Source of the DNA: Babesia bigemina
Lineage: Eukaryota
DNA length: 64,000 bases
NCBI RefSeq assembly: GCF_000981445.1
Contig: NC_027218.1
Coordinates: 1,550,001 to 1,614,000, forward strand
Direction of reading: 5' to 3'
Shown piece after piece: positions 10,954 through 21,437 of this stretch. The notes below the pieces were generated by a model, which made no database searches, was not told where the DNA came from, and saw nothing but the letters and a program-made list of their open reading frames with translations. The translations under genes were made by a program, and so were the position numbers. Within the stretch, counting starts at the first letter, position 1, and each line of letters opens with the position of its first letter.

Positions 10954-12025
10954 CTAACTGTCCTTCATCATTATTGCGAGTGGCAGGGGCACGTCCCCTG
11001 GCATAATGACCGACCGCGGCAGCTGCGGGCTCTTGTCTGAACTGCCGCACACGTCGACCAACCCGGCCGGCTTGAAGTGGCATCCGTCCTACACAATGTG
11101 CATTAAGTTCAGCAACTACGCTTACCGTGTACCGCGTCAGAATGATGAAGTTGATCGGATGATCCATCCCCAAGGACAAGGCAATGCTCGCGTCGTGCTC
11201 CTGTAGTTTCACCAACCTAAACATGAACAGCTCTTCCAGCACATTTATGTCTATCCAGCTGCCAAATATTTCGTCGTGCTGCGGCTTGATCTTATTGTAG
11301 ACTTCCTTTGCCAGCTCCAGTGCGTTTTCTCCTTTCTTCAGCCGATCATTTATATCCGTCAAATTCACGTTTTTGAAGAGACTCATTATCTCCTGGTCGT
11401 CCATTACCCTGGTGTTGTACTGCATTTCCGCTTGTGCCTCGAGTTTTTCTGCGAACTCCTTTTCGTCGAAGTTAGCTATCGACACCGGGTCGTCCGCGTA
11501 TATGCCCATCATATTCGCTAGTGATATCTTCTTGAGTGCCTCCGTGTTGTAGAACCCGTTTTCGGTCTCGCAGGCCTTAATAACCGCTACGATGTGCGGG
11601 GAGGCCTCTGGGTTGAGGAACCGCATGAGCATCTTCGCGGTGACCTTTTCCGACCGCAGCGCCGTCGCTATGGTGTGGAAGAGGCACCTGCCGTCCCCCG
11701 GCACCTCCTTGAGGGCATACGCGAGGCCGTAGAAGTTGAAGCGCTCCTGCAGCGTCGTCCAGCGGTCCTCGAAGTACCAGCCGTCCAAGAGCTCCGGGCG
11801 CTGGCACACCTTCGGCTGCGCGACGCGCCAGAGGTAGAACATGCGTGCCAGGCTGTTCAAATCGATACTATGCACATGTGATAGCAGGGTTTGCGTGTGA
11901 TCGCGGTCCGCTTGCCCCTTGTCCTCGGCGTTCAGGTACTCCTCCACCGTGCTGGGATTCCACCTGTCGGCGGCCGCCGAAGCCGCAAGGGCTGCGAACG
12001 CGAGCGCCACCAGCGAGGTGTTCAT
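10954..12025 (-). CDS. OTU-like cysteine protease with signal peptide, paralog 2; intron 11089-11125
   Basis: Signal MNTSLVALAFAALAASAAA, Cys box VPGDGRCLFHTIA and FGSWIDINVLEELF. Removing a 37-nt GTAAG..TAG intron restores the His box ILTRYT|DGCHFKPAG and a C-terminus colinear with paralog 1. Confidence 0.8.
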
Positions 12026-12401
12026 TGCGGCTGACCGCTTACGGCAGGCTTGTCCGCAGGATAGATGCCAGTTTCCGTCGAAACCGGGCGAGACTCACAC
12101 CACTAACCGTTCCTGACGGCTGGTGGTCAATACTTGGTGACGTGAAAGTGTAGGGAAGGCACAATAAAAATTGCGCCACAACCAATGAACAAAATATGTG
12201 TGATCGAGCGGCTAAGGTGACACCGGACATCGCGGCTCGTTGAATTTTCCACGCAGACACTGAATTTTCTGCTGCTACGGGCAGTACAGCGGCGCACCGC
12301 GACACTTAAAAATTAAAACACAGTTTGCCACACCACACGCGTCGTGCAAAACACTACGTGTACGGCTGTTTGATAACGTGATTTAGCCGTGGGCTGCATG
12401 C

Positions 12402-13667
12402 CTACCTGTGCGGTGCGCCTACCGAATACATCAGGCGTCTGTCGTCCGGGATCTCCGTCTCGGCACTGGCGGACTCAAACTTCATGGCCGCCTCTTCCTT
12501 TTCGCGTGCTCGTTGCCTGAGCTTTTGCTTGCGGATGCGCATATAGCAGGCATTGCAAACAGAGGTCCCCTTGATATAGCGCCATTGTGGTGTTGTGCGC
12601 GCGTGACACATGGCACATACGTAGTTGTGCCTGCTGACCTTCGGGCGACCGCTCGCTGCCTGCTTCTTGCTCTTCATCTCCTGCTGCAATCGCCTGGTTA
12701 GTTCGCCGTAGAACGCGTCGGGGCCGAACCTGGGAGGCATCTGCATCGGCTGCTGCTCCATAGGCGACTGGTTGATCATTGGGATATTCTGCATGGCGTT
12801 CTGGTCCACTCCCTCTGGGTACCCCTGCGCGCTCCATCCCCTCATCGCCATGTGATCTGGCGACATCTGGTAGCAGTTTATCGGGGGGGTCTTGCACGGC
12901 GCCGGTAGCGCACCGGTGCTGACCGCCCGCCTCGGGGAGTAGTGTTGCTTCGCCGGCGAATATCCTTCTTCATGCATACCGTAACTGCCGGAGTAAGGCA
13001 GATTACGCTCTGAGCCGTACGTTGCGTACGACTGTCCATTTTGGGGGTAGTATGGTGGGAAAGGGAAGCGGTAGCCGTCGTACCGCGGCGTCATGGGCTT
13101 TTGGTACATTGTGAGATCACAACTCGGCGGCACCATTGCCTGCTCCATTGAGTTTCGCCCGTACCAGTACTGGGCGTTCATTGTGTCGATGGACTCTTCG
13201 GTGCTGGGCATGTTCGCGTACATGGACCCGTGTAATCCGCCGGACATGCTACTGGAAATCCCCGGAGTCATCTGCTTGCTGCCGCCTGATTGGTCGTAGG
13301 AGTCAACCAACCCCATTTCATACCCCGGTACCGCCATGGGCTGGGCGGTGGAGTACTCCGCTCCGTAATCATACATCATGGAAGCCGAGGGCACCTGCTC
13401 CGTGACTTGGCTGGTCACCTCGTCGCCTTCCGCAGCGGGCTGTGCGGTTTCCTCGCAATACGTGTCCTGAGGCTCGAGGTAACCCGGCACGCCGGCTGTC
13501 TGCGATACCTCGTATGCTTGTGGCTCTAGGCCTTCGCCGCCGTAGCCCATGGCCATCGGGTAGCGGCTACTCCCGTGTGCGCCGTCGGGAGACGTGTTCC
13601 CGCACGCGACGTATGCCGGGTCGCACCGCGGCGCGTCATCGTGCTCTACTCCTCTGTAACGTGCCAT
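12402..13667 (-). CDS. GATA-type zinc-finger protein with long low-complexity (Y/P/Q/M/S) N-terminus
   Basis: CAMCHARTTPQWRYIKGTSVCNACYMRIRKQK shows the GATA TPxWR...CNAC pattern with a basic tail. First in-frame ATG is at 13667; there is an in-frame TAA upstream. Confidence 0.85.
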   Translation of the reverse strand: MARYRGVEHDDAPRCDPAYVACGNTSPDGAHGSSRYPMAMGYGGEGLEPQAYEVSQTAGVPGYLEPQDTYCEETAQPAAEGDEVTSQVTEQVPSASMMYDYGAEYSTAQPMAVPGYEMGLVDSYDQSGGSKQMTPGISSSMSGGLHGSMYANMPSTEESIDTMNAQYWYGRNSMEQAMVPPSCDLTMYQKPMTPRYDGYRFPFPPYYPQNGQSYATYGSERNLPYSGSYGMHEEGYSPAKQHYSPRRAVSTGALPAPCKTPPINCYQMSPDHMAMRGWSAQGYPEGVDQNAMQNIPMINQSPMEQQPMQMPPRFGPDAFYGELTRRLQQEMKSKKQAASGRPKVSRHNYVCAMCHARTTPQWRYIKGTSVCNACYMRIRKQKLRQRAREKEEAAMKFESASAETEIPDDRRLMYSVGAPHR

Positions 13668-14557
13668 CTGCTGTGGTGTCAGCAGGGCATTTTCCAACTT
13701 CGTCCGAGGAGTGGTTTCAGCGGCGCTCAGTTAAGTTACTGCACGCAGGATGAAACGAAGCCAGCGCGCACAGGGGCGCGTTGACCGTAGCTACGTTGTA
13801 TTGAACAATGGCGATATGCCAGGGGCCGTGTGTTCGCTGTCACGGCCGGCGGGCAGGGCTGTCAAGCCTGCATACGCCAACTTTTATTGCTCTGCGCGAG
13901 CCTGAATACTTACCTAGTGAAACCGAACCGGGTCTCCGAAGAAAAGATGCTGCATTATGTGCCCTTGCGAACGTCTCCCGAAAGCTTGGCGACGAGACGG
14001 ACGGTAGACACTTCCAGACGCGGCTCCCGTGAACAGGCAGAGATATCGCTGCTGACCATGCTCTACGGTTTGCCGTGGACACCGTTCCCCTGCCGCCGCG
14101 AATGGTGCCGCTGAGGCCGTGGTCTCTCCGGGCACGCGTTCGCGGACGACCGGCGCGTGGCCGAGATCGCTGTTTCCGCTTGCAGTCAAGCGTCTTTTGG
14201 CTGCCGACTTGCGTCGCGTGTGTGCATGAGAAGTTTCGGCGGCTGCGCGAGCGAGCCGAACCGTGCTGCACAGTCCAGCGTCCGCCTAACCGTAATCCGC
14301 GCACACCGGCGCAAGAGCGCTAAGGCATGCTAACTACCTCACACTACTCCACTGAGCGCACCCTGCGTGTTTTAAGTCGTTACACATACTCTCCCAAGGC
14401 TCTGAGTGACCACCCGGTGGCGCGGTGCCGGGGCTTCCACGGCACCACGTCGAGCCCTAACACGGCGCCTCCGCCGCCAGCCGACGTATTTCCGCACACA
14501 GGGCTCTGTCGTCACGTCTGGTGTTACTGCAACGGCAAGCAGCGTCCAGATGCGAAT

Positions 14558-15555
14558 ATGGTATCCAGGGCTTCTAAGGACTAGTGAGTATCCCGCCGCG
14601 CGGCTCGAATCCTGGCCGCGATGGGCCAGTTCGTTGCTCTTTGCGTGTGTAACCTACCGCTAATTGCTTGGCAGCGATTACCTGTTCAAGTTGGTGCTCG
14701 TCGGGGACAGCGGTGTCGGCAAGTCTTGCGTCCTCCTGCGATTCGCTGTACGTTGCGTGCTGGTTCTACCCATCCGTCGCAGGACGACACATTCACGGAC
14801 AGCTATATCACGACGATCGGCGTCGATTTCGTAGGGTGATCGCATGCGTCCGCTTACGGTGTGCAGCGTTTCCGTACCATCGAGGTCGGCGGGCGCAGGG
14901 TGAAGCTCCAGATCGTGGGTCTCTCTTCCGCAACGCAACACTGTGCAGTGGGACACGGCGGGTCAGGAGCGGTTCAGGACGATAACGAGCGCGTACTACC
15001 GCGGCGCGGATGGTATAGTAGTGGTGTACGATATCACCGACAAGGTACGGTTGTTGGGTGGCCGGCGTGACAGTCCGCAGCTGTCGTTCGAGCATGTAGA
15101 GGCCTGGCTCGCCGAGGTCGACAAGTTCGCGCCCGAGGGGACCCACCGTCTGCTCATCGGCAACAAATGCGACCAGGGCCCGTCGAGGGACGTGGACGCA
15201 AGCGATGTAGAGGTGGGTGCTGCATTCGCCGCGCCGTCGCCGGTCGACGCTCACTATCGCACAACGCACCTAGCGCCGTGCTCACGCTTCCGGCAGGTTT
15301 TTAGTCGCAAGACCGGCATTCCTCACGTTGAGATCTCCGCCAAGACCGGCACGAACGTGGAGGATGCGTTCGTCTCCCTGGCTACGCGGCTGCTCGCCGA
15401 CAGGCTCCAGCGGCAGCCCGACGGCGGGCAGGACTCCGCCCCGCAGACGATATCGCTCAACGACCGCGTGAAAAGTACGTGCGCCGCTGCGCTGTCCATG
15501 ACGTGCAGGTGTTTTCGGCGGCATCCCCGGCTTCGACAAGGCCTGCTGTGCGTAG
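14558..15555 (+). CDS. RAB1A: Rab1A small GTPase, about 8 exons
   Basis: Spliced [73 protein letters not shown] and SAK motifs, ending in the prenylation motif ACCA*. Confidence 0.92.
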
Positions 15556-15881
15556 CAGCAGCTGCCGCAAGCGTAGTTAACGCAGGACAAACTCTTATCC
15601 CAGTTGTATGGGTAAAATCGCTCGTACCTATGTTCATACTTCATGCTATACATTTAATCGTGGGTTCGGTCGGTTGCGTGGAAGTGGCAGCTGACCGCCA
15701 GAAGCTGCCGGGGATGCGGATGGAACTACATGCGTCTGAGCGCGGAGACTCGCTCCTTGATGCGGTGCCGTGAACGACGACTACACTAACCCAACCGTCG
15801 TTCGGCCGTACTGCGTCGAGCGGTCCCAAGGTACCCTCGTACCGGCCATCGCACCTGCGGAGCCTTCCCCGCTGACACGCC

Positions 15882-17861
15882 CTACAACCGAGCGGTTGAC
15901 GTGCGTGATGGCATGCCGTTCAACCACCGGTTGTGCAGGAGCGTGTCGGCGGGCAGCCTGTCCTTGGGGTTGGTCTTCAGCATGCACAACAAGAACTGCG
16001 AGAGTTCATGTGCCTCGAGTGGACTCATCTTGTACTTGATCATGAGCACGCTCTCCAGCGGCCACGGCTTGACGTCGTTGATCTCGCGTTCATATTGACG
16101 GAACCTCGTGCTCGACTTCAGCATCCATCGCGGTATCGGCCCGAGGAGCTCCACTATGAGCTGCAGGTGGTTGATGTCGCGGTCGTGGCTGGTGCTGCCG
16201 TGCGGGTCGAAGAGGTAATCGCCCGTGACCGTCTCGAATACGATGCACGCCAGCGACCATATGTCAGCCGACTGGTCGTATCCCACCTGCAGGATGGCCT
16301 CTGGTGAGCGGTACTGCCGCGTCTGTATTTCGTTGGTGAAATGGTGGCTGATCCAGCACGCGTTTCCGAGATCGCATATCTTGTAGATGGCGCTCGGGTT
16401 GTCGTAGAACGATACGTCGACGGGCTTCAACTGCATGGGTCCCTGCTGCGTCTTGACGACGACTGGGCGCTTGCGCAGGCCCGCGACGGTCGGCTTGTAT
16501 CCCACGTACTCTGCGACCCACGGGTGGTACATGGCCATCTCTGCGGCCTTCGCCTGCGAGTTGCGGAGCGGCTGCGTGATCTTGAACGGTATGTGGTCGT
16601 AAGGCTTGCGGAAAACCGCCTCCTGCAGGGCGTGCGGCGTGTCGTAGCTGGTGGTGCAGCTGGGGTCACTGCAACTCGGCCTGATGAGGTGCTTCACGTA
16701 GGGTATGTCCAGCTTTTGGGGCCGAATATCCGGGTTACGCAGGGGATCATCCAGGTCTGGGTTTTCCACGGGCGTGCGTCCCATGAGCTTGGAAGTGACC
16801 AAGATGTTCTCCGGCTTCAGATCGGTGTGTATGATTCCACACACGCGGTGCAGGTAGTCCAACCCCAGCAACACGTGGGCCGTGATCTTGCGTATCAGGT
16901 GCATGGGCACACCCTTGAACTTGTACAACTTGATCAGGGATAGCAGATTGGGCCCCATTGGCTCCAGAACAACACACATGTGGGTGCCGTTCGGCCCCTT
17001 CACCTTGAAACTGTTCAGGAAGGAGACGACACCCCGCGTCGGGTTGTACATGTTCCCCAACGCCTGGCGGTACGACCGCTTTGTCCGTATCCACGAACGG
17101 GAGATGACCTGGTCACGGACCTTTTTGAGGAGCGACATTTCGTCTCGCACCGCCTCCGTGTGGTTCTGGGCGCTGCGCTGGAATTTGATGGCCACGAAGG
17201 TCATGGGTTTGCTGCGCATGTCAGTCGCCAGCCACACCGTTGAGAAGTATCCCCAGCCCAGCTTGCCTTCGATGCGATATCGTCCGTCGTAAACCTCGCC
17301 GATTTTGACGGGGTGGTATCCGCCGACCACATATGCGTCCCCGTCCTCGCTCTCGCTGAGGGTGCAGTCGAAGGCGTCGGTGTTGCCCCCCTCGCTGCTG
17401 TCGGTGAAGTCGTCGATGCCCGAATCGATGCCTCCACGCTGGCTCGAGAGCGTGTTGATGTCCGAGCAGAGGGAGTTGATCGAGTCCGTTTTGGAAGACG
17501 AGTCGAAGTCCAGTGCCTTGAGTCGCTCGGAGTCGATGTTGGCAGACAAGAATTTGGGTGGCGGAGCCATTCCCCCGTACCCGTGTGTGTACTTGTCTCT
17601 GATGACGTAGTTCTTGCCATAGCGATCCATGTGGGAAAGCTTGTGGTACTCGTTGCGGGCGCTCCCCGGCGCATGGCGGTGGCTGTAGCTGGAGTAGCCC
17701 TTGACGTCGTAATTGGAGCCTCTGCTCAAGTGTTCTAGGTTTATACGTTTGAACGAGGAGGAGAGGTCGTCGATGACCTGCTGCTGCCGCCCCTTTTGTT
17801 CCACGAGGGTGGCGTTGTGCCGCGCGGCGTCCTTCGTGTTTGCCATCGCTGTGCGGGGCAT
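15882..17861 (-). CDS. SRPK: SR protein kinase (SRPK, CMGC)
   Basis: GGYHPVKIGE, KLGWGYFSTVWL, IHTDLKPENIL, a spacer insert, KICDLGNACW and IQTRQYRSPE. Confidence 0.95.
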   Translation of the reverse strand: MPRTAMANTKDAARHNATLVEQKGRQQQVIDDLSSSFKRINLEHLSRGSNYDVKGYSSYSHRHAPGSARNEYHKLSHMDRYGKNYVIRDKYTHGYGGMAPPPKFLSANIDSERLKALDFDSSSKTDSINSLCSDINTLSSQRGGIDSGIDDFTDSSEGGNTDAFDCTLSESEDGDAYVVGGYHPVKIGEVYDGRYRIEGKLGWGYFSTVWLATDMRSKPMTFVAIKFQRSAQNHTEAVRDEMSLLKKVRDQVISRSWIRTKRSYRQALGNMYNPTRGVVSFLNSFKVKGPNGTHMCVVLEPMGPNLLSLIKLYKFKGVPMHLIRKITAHVLLGLDYLHRVCGIIHTDLKPENILVTSKLMGRTPVENPDLDDPLRNPDIRPQKLDIPYVKHLIRPSCSDPSCTTSYDTPHALQEAVFRKPYDHIPFKITQPLRNSQAKAAEMAMYHPWVAEYVGYKPTVAGLRKRPVVVKTQQGPMQLKPVDVSFYDNPSAIYKICDLGNACWISHHFTNEIQTRQYRSPEAILQVGYDQSADIWSLACIVFETVTGDYLFDPHGSTSHDRDINHLQLIVELLGPIPRWMLKSSTRFRQYEREINDVKPWPLESVLMIKYKMSPLEAHELSQFLLCMLKTNPKDRLPADTLLHNRWLNGMPSRTSTARL

Positions 17862-18134
17862 TGTGCCGTAGACAACCGACTGAATTGCGCGAAACCGCCG
17901 TTTTTGGAAACGCGAGACACCGTCCAGTGCTCGGGAGACTCACCTGACTGCGTCGCGGCTTTTTGCTGTCGACATGTGCATCGGCTCGCCGCCCGACTAG
18001 CACCACTAGGCCGTTAGGTGCCTTCCACGGTTCTGCATTAGACACCCTATACGCGCATCCACTGGGCGTTGAAATTGCCAATAGCGTAGCGGCGGCACAG
18101 CCCACTAAAGTGCCTGGCCAGCGGGGCACCGAAA

Positions 18135-21100
18135 ATGACGCGGGCTGCGGCTAGGGCTGGCTGCCGCTGGGCGCGCTGCGCCTTCGTCGGCCTTCTCGCG
18201 TTGTCACTGCTGCTGGTCACGTCTGCGTTCAGGCCCAAGCCGAAATTCGTCAGTTCGCTGCAGCACCGGCGGCAAGAGCCGCACCTGCAGGTGGAAGGCA
18301 GCCGCCGGGCGCCGCCGCTGTACGGGTCGTCTGCGGACGAACCCAGCGGCGTCACGAGCGGGCTGCAGGACGCTTTGCAGCATAAAATTGGGCTCTCATC
18401 TGAGCTGTCCGGCATGGAAGACGCGAAGGTGACACGCTTGGACGACGAGCTCGGCCTCGGCGCGCTGGGCCCCGACGTCAAGGTGCAGGACGAGCAGAGC
18501 TTCCCCTTCCAGGCCGAGGTCAGCAGGGTGATGGACATCATCGTCAACTCGCTGTACACCGACAAGGACATTTTCCTCAGGGAGCTGGTCTCCAACGCCG
18601 CCGACGCCCTGGACAAGCGGCGTATACAGGCGGACCCGGAGGAGAAGGTCCCCAAGGAGGCGTTCGGCGGCATCCGCATCTTTCCCGACAAGGAGCACAA
18701 CACCCTGACCATAGAGGACGACGGTATCGGCATGACCAAGGACGAGCTGGTGAAGAACCTCGGCACCATCGCCGAGTCTGGCACGGCCAAATTCCTCAAA
18801 CAGGTACGCCAAACGTGAAAAACGCAATTTCGCATTGTCACTACAGCTTGAAACTTCTAAATCCACTGATACAAACAACCTGATTGGGCAGTTCGGTGTG
18901 GGATTCTACTCTGCCTTTTTGGTCGCCAACAGGGTGGAGGTGTTTTCGCGGGCCTACGGCCATGAGGACGGCCCCATCTACCGTTGGAGGTCCGACACCA
19001 GCGGCAGCTTCAGCGTCGGCCAGGTCGACGACGAGCAGGTCAGCAGCTCGTTCATGAAGACCGGCACGCGCATCGTGCTGCACATAAAACCCGAGTGCGA
19101 CGACTATCTGGAGGATTACAAGATCAAAGAGCTGCTAAGGAAGTATTCCGAGTTCGTCAGGTTCCCTATCCAGGTAAGCCGCGTCCCGATACTTGTTCTG
19201 TGATGTTTGCCGGTGTATGGCACCATTGTTGATACGTGTTCCTGGCGTGTGGTGTTAATCGTGTACTTGTACTTGTACTTGTCCATCCGTGTTCTGTATG
19301 CCCATGAGCACGCCCCAATGCTCTGAACATGAGCAAATCCAGCGGTTGCGCCCGTTTAGATGATTACTAACTTGTATTATTTGAGGATCCTTGTTGTCTT
19401 CTGTAGAACCCACAGAGGAGCCTTGGAAACAATGAGATCAAATACAATATGATAAACGGCGCAACACAAACACCCCTGTGTGCGATTGCAGTGTTACAAG
19501 GTAGCCGTGCCATATCGCACCTAGGCCGTGGTTTGTGTAGCAACCCACCGTGGTGGATTCCGGTGTACGGGATTCCTTCCCACTGTGATTATGTTTGCGC
19601 ATGTGCTTTAGTTGCCCATTGCGTCTTAAAACCTGCGTACAGCAGTTCTAAGGCCAATTTCATGATGGTTGTTGTACAAACAAACTTTCTTGTTTTTACT
19701 TGCCCGCATGTCTACGTGTATGTGCGTATCATTGCTCTCATTGCTATTGCCGCCACACCCCTCGCATGTGTTCCATGTTCACGTATAATCTTTTTTTTCT
19801 ATCACCGCCACGTTGCACAAATAACTTGTAGGTGTGGGTGGAGAAGGTTGAGTATGAACGTGTGCCTGACGAATCCACTGCCGTGGAGGGCAAGCCCGGG
19901 AGGTACAAAACCATCAGCAAGAAGAGGCACGAGTGGGAGCACGTGAACACTCAGATCCCGATATGGCGTCGTGACCAGGCGGACATAAAGCCTGAGGACT
20001 ACGTGTCGTTCTACAAGTCGACCTTCAAGGCCTACGACGACCCCATGTCGTACATCCACTTTAGGGTGGAGGGTCAGGTGGAGTTCAGCTGCCTGCTGTT
20101 CGTCCCGGGTTCGCTGCCGTGGGAGCTCAGCCGCAACATGTTCGACGACGAATCGCGTGGCATCCGTCTGTACGTGAAGCGCGTGTTCATCAACGACAAG
20201 TTCTCTGAGGCCGTGCCGAGGTGGCTGACGTTCGTGCGCGGCGTCGTGGACAGCGACGAGCTTGCGCTGAATGTCGGTAGGGAGTACCTCCAGCGGTCCA
20301 AGGCGCTCACCGTCATCAACAAACGCATCGCAACAAAGGCCCTCGACATGCTGAAGAACCTGAAGGCCGCGAACCCTGAGAGGTTCAGGAAGTTCTCCGA
20401 CCACTTCGGCAAATACATAAAGATCGGAGTTGTGGAGGACCGTGAGAACCAACAGGAACTGGCGTCGTTGGTCACGTTCTGGTCCACCAAGTCCGGCCAG
20501 AACCGTGTGTCGCTGGACGAGTACGTGGGCCGCATGAAGCCAGAGCAGTCGGCCATTTACTACCTCACCGCCGACGATATAAAATCCGCCCAAAGCTCGC
20601 CCTCGCTTGAGAAATTGAAGGCGCTGGACTACGAGGTGCTGTACGCTCTTGAGCCCATAGACGAGTTCTGCCTGTCCTCGCTGACCGCCGCCAAGTACAA
20701 GAACATCACTGTGCTCGACGTGAACAAGAGCGACCTGAAGCTCAAGGAGGCGGCGGACGGCGAACCATCGCAAAAGCAGAACCCCGTGGAGTTCGAAACG
20801 CTGTGCGGCTGGATGAAGGCGCTGTTCCCCGACGACCTGCACGACGTCAAGGTCAGCACCCGGCTCGTGGAGTCGCCTGCCATTTTGGTGCAAACCGACT
20901 TTGGGTTATCCCCAAGCATGCAGCGCTACATGAAACAGCAGGCCACGTCCGCCGGCATGAACGACACTGAGCTGTTCGGCACGTCAATGATCAGCAAGCC
21001 CGTGCTGGAGATCAACATCGACCACCCGATCATCCAGCACCTCAACGCCATGGTGAAGACCGACAAGCTGAGCGACCTTCCGCGGCAGGTGGCCAAGCAG

Positions 21101-21232
21101 CTGCTGGACGTGGTGTCGATCCAGGGCGGGTACAGCGTCAAGGACCCTACGGTGTTCGCGCGGAACGTGCTCGACATGATGCAACGGGAGGCGAAACAGT
21201 TCCTGGACGCCAAATCCGCGTCCGAGTCGTAG
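18135..21232 (+). CDS. HSP90: Hsp90, probably apicoplast-targeted; introns 18804-18846 and 19174-19831
   Basis: FQAEVSRVMDIIVNSLY, FLRELVSNAADALDK, NLGTIAESGT, IGQFGVGFYSAF and LYVKRVFI. It has a signal peptide plus a basic transit-like stretch and lacks a C-terminal MEEVD or KDEL. Confidence 0.93.
19345..19465 (+). ncRNA. Candidate intronic box C/D-like (K-turn) RNA hairpin
   Basis: A terminal stem GTTGCGCC(C)GTTTA/TAAACGGCGCAAC closes C-like ATGATTA (19360-66) and D-like ATGA (19449-52). The internal arms also pair. Confidence 0.45.
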
Positions 21233-21437
21233 CGTTGACATTTTCGATGTAATGTGTACTCTATCTTCCACGTTGTGGTGGCCGTACCCGCTACGTTGCC
21301 TCTCCGGCCGCCCCGACGCTGTGGTGGCTGGCGCCCAGACACATCCCCCGAATCTGCCGCATGGCGGGCCTGCGCGTCGACACACTGCACATTTAGCCGC
21401 GGTGTCCCTATGCCGGCGTAAAAAACACTTCTGGGCA

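Noticed and set aside
13700..14550. Overlapping R/P-rich ORFs between the GATA gene and Rab1A
   Set aside because: No codon bias or motifs. Better explained as divergent promoter/5'UTR sequence.
19192..19332. Second possible C/D RNA in the Hsp90 intron (GTGATGT ... CTGA) containing a (TGTACT)x3 microrepeat
   Set aside because: Imperfect box C, weak terminal stem and no recognisable guide.
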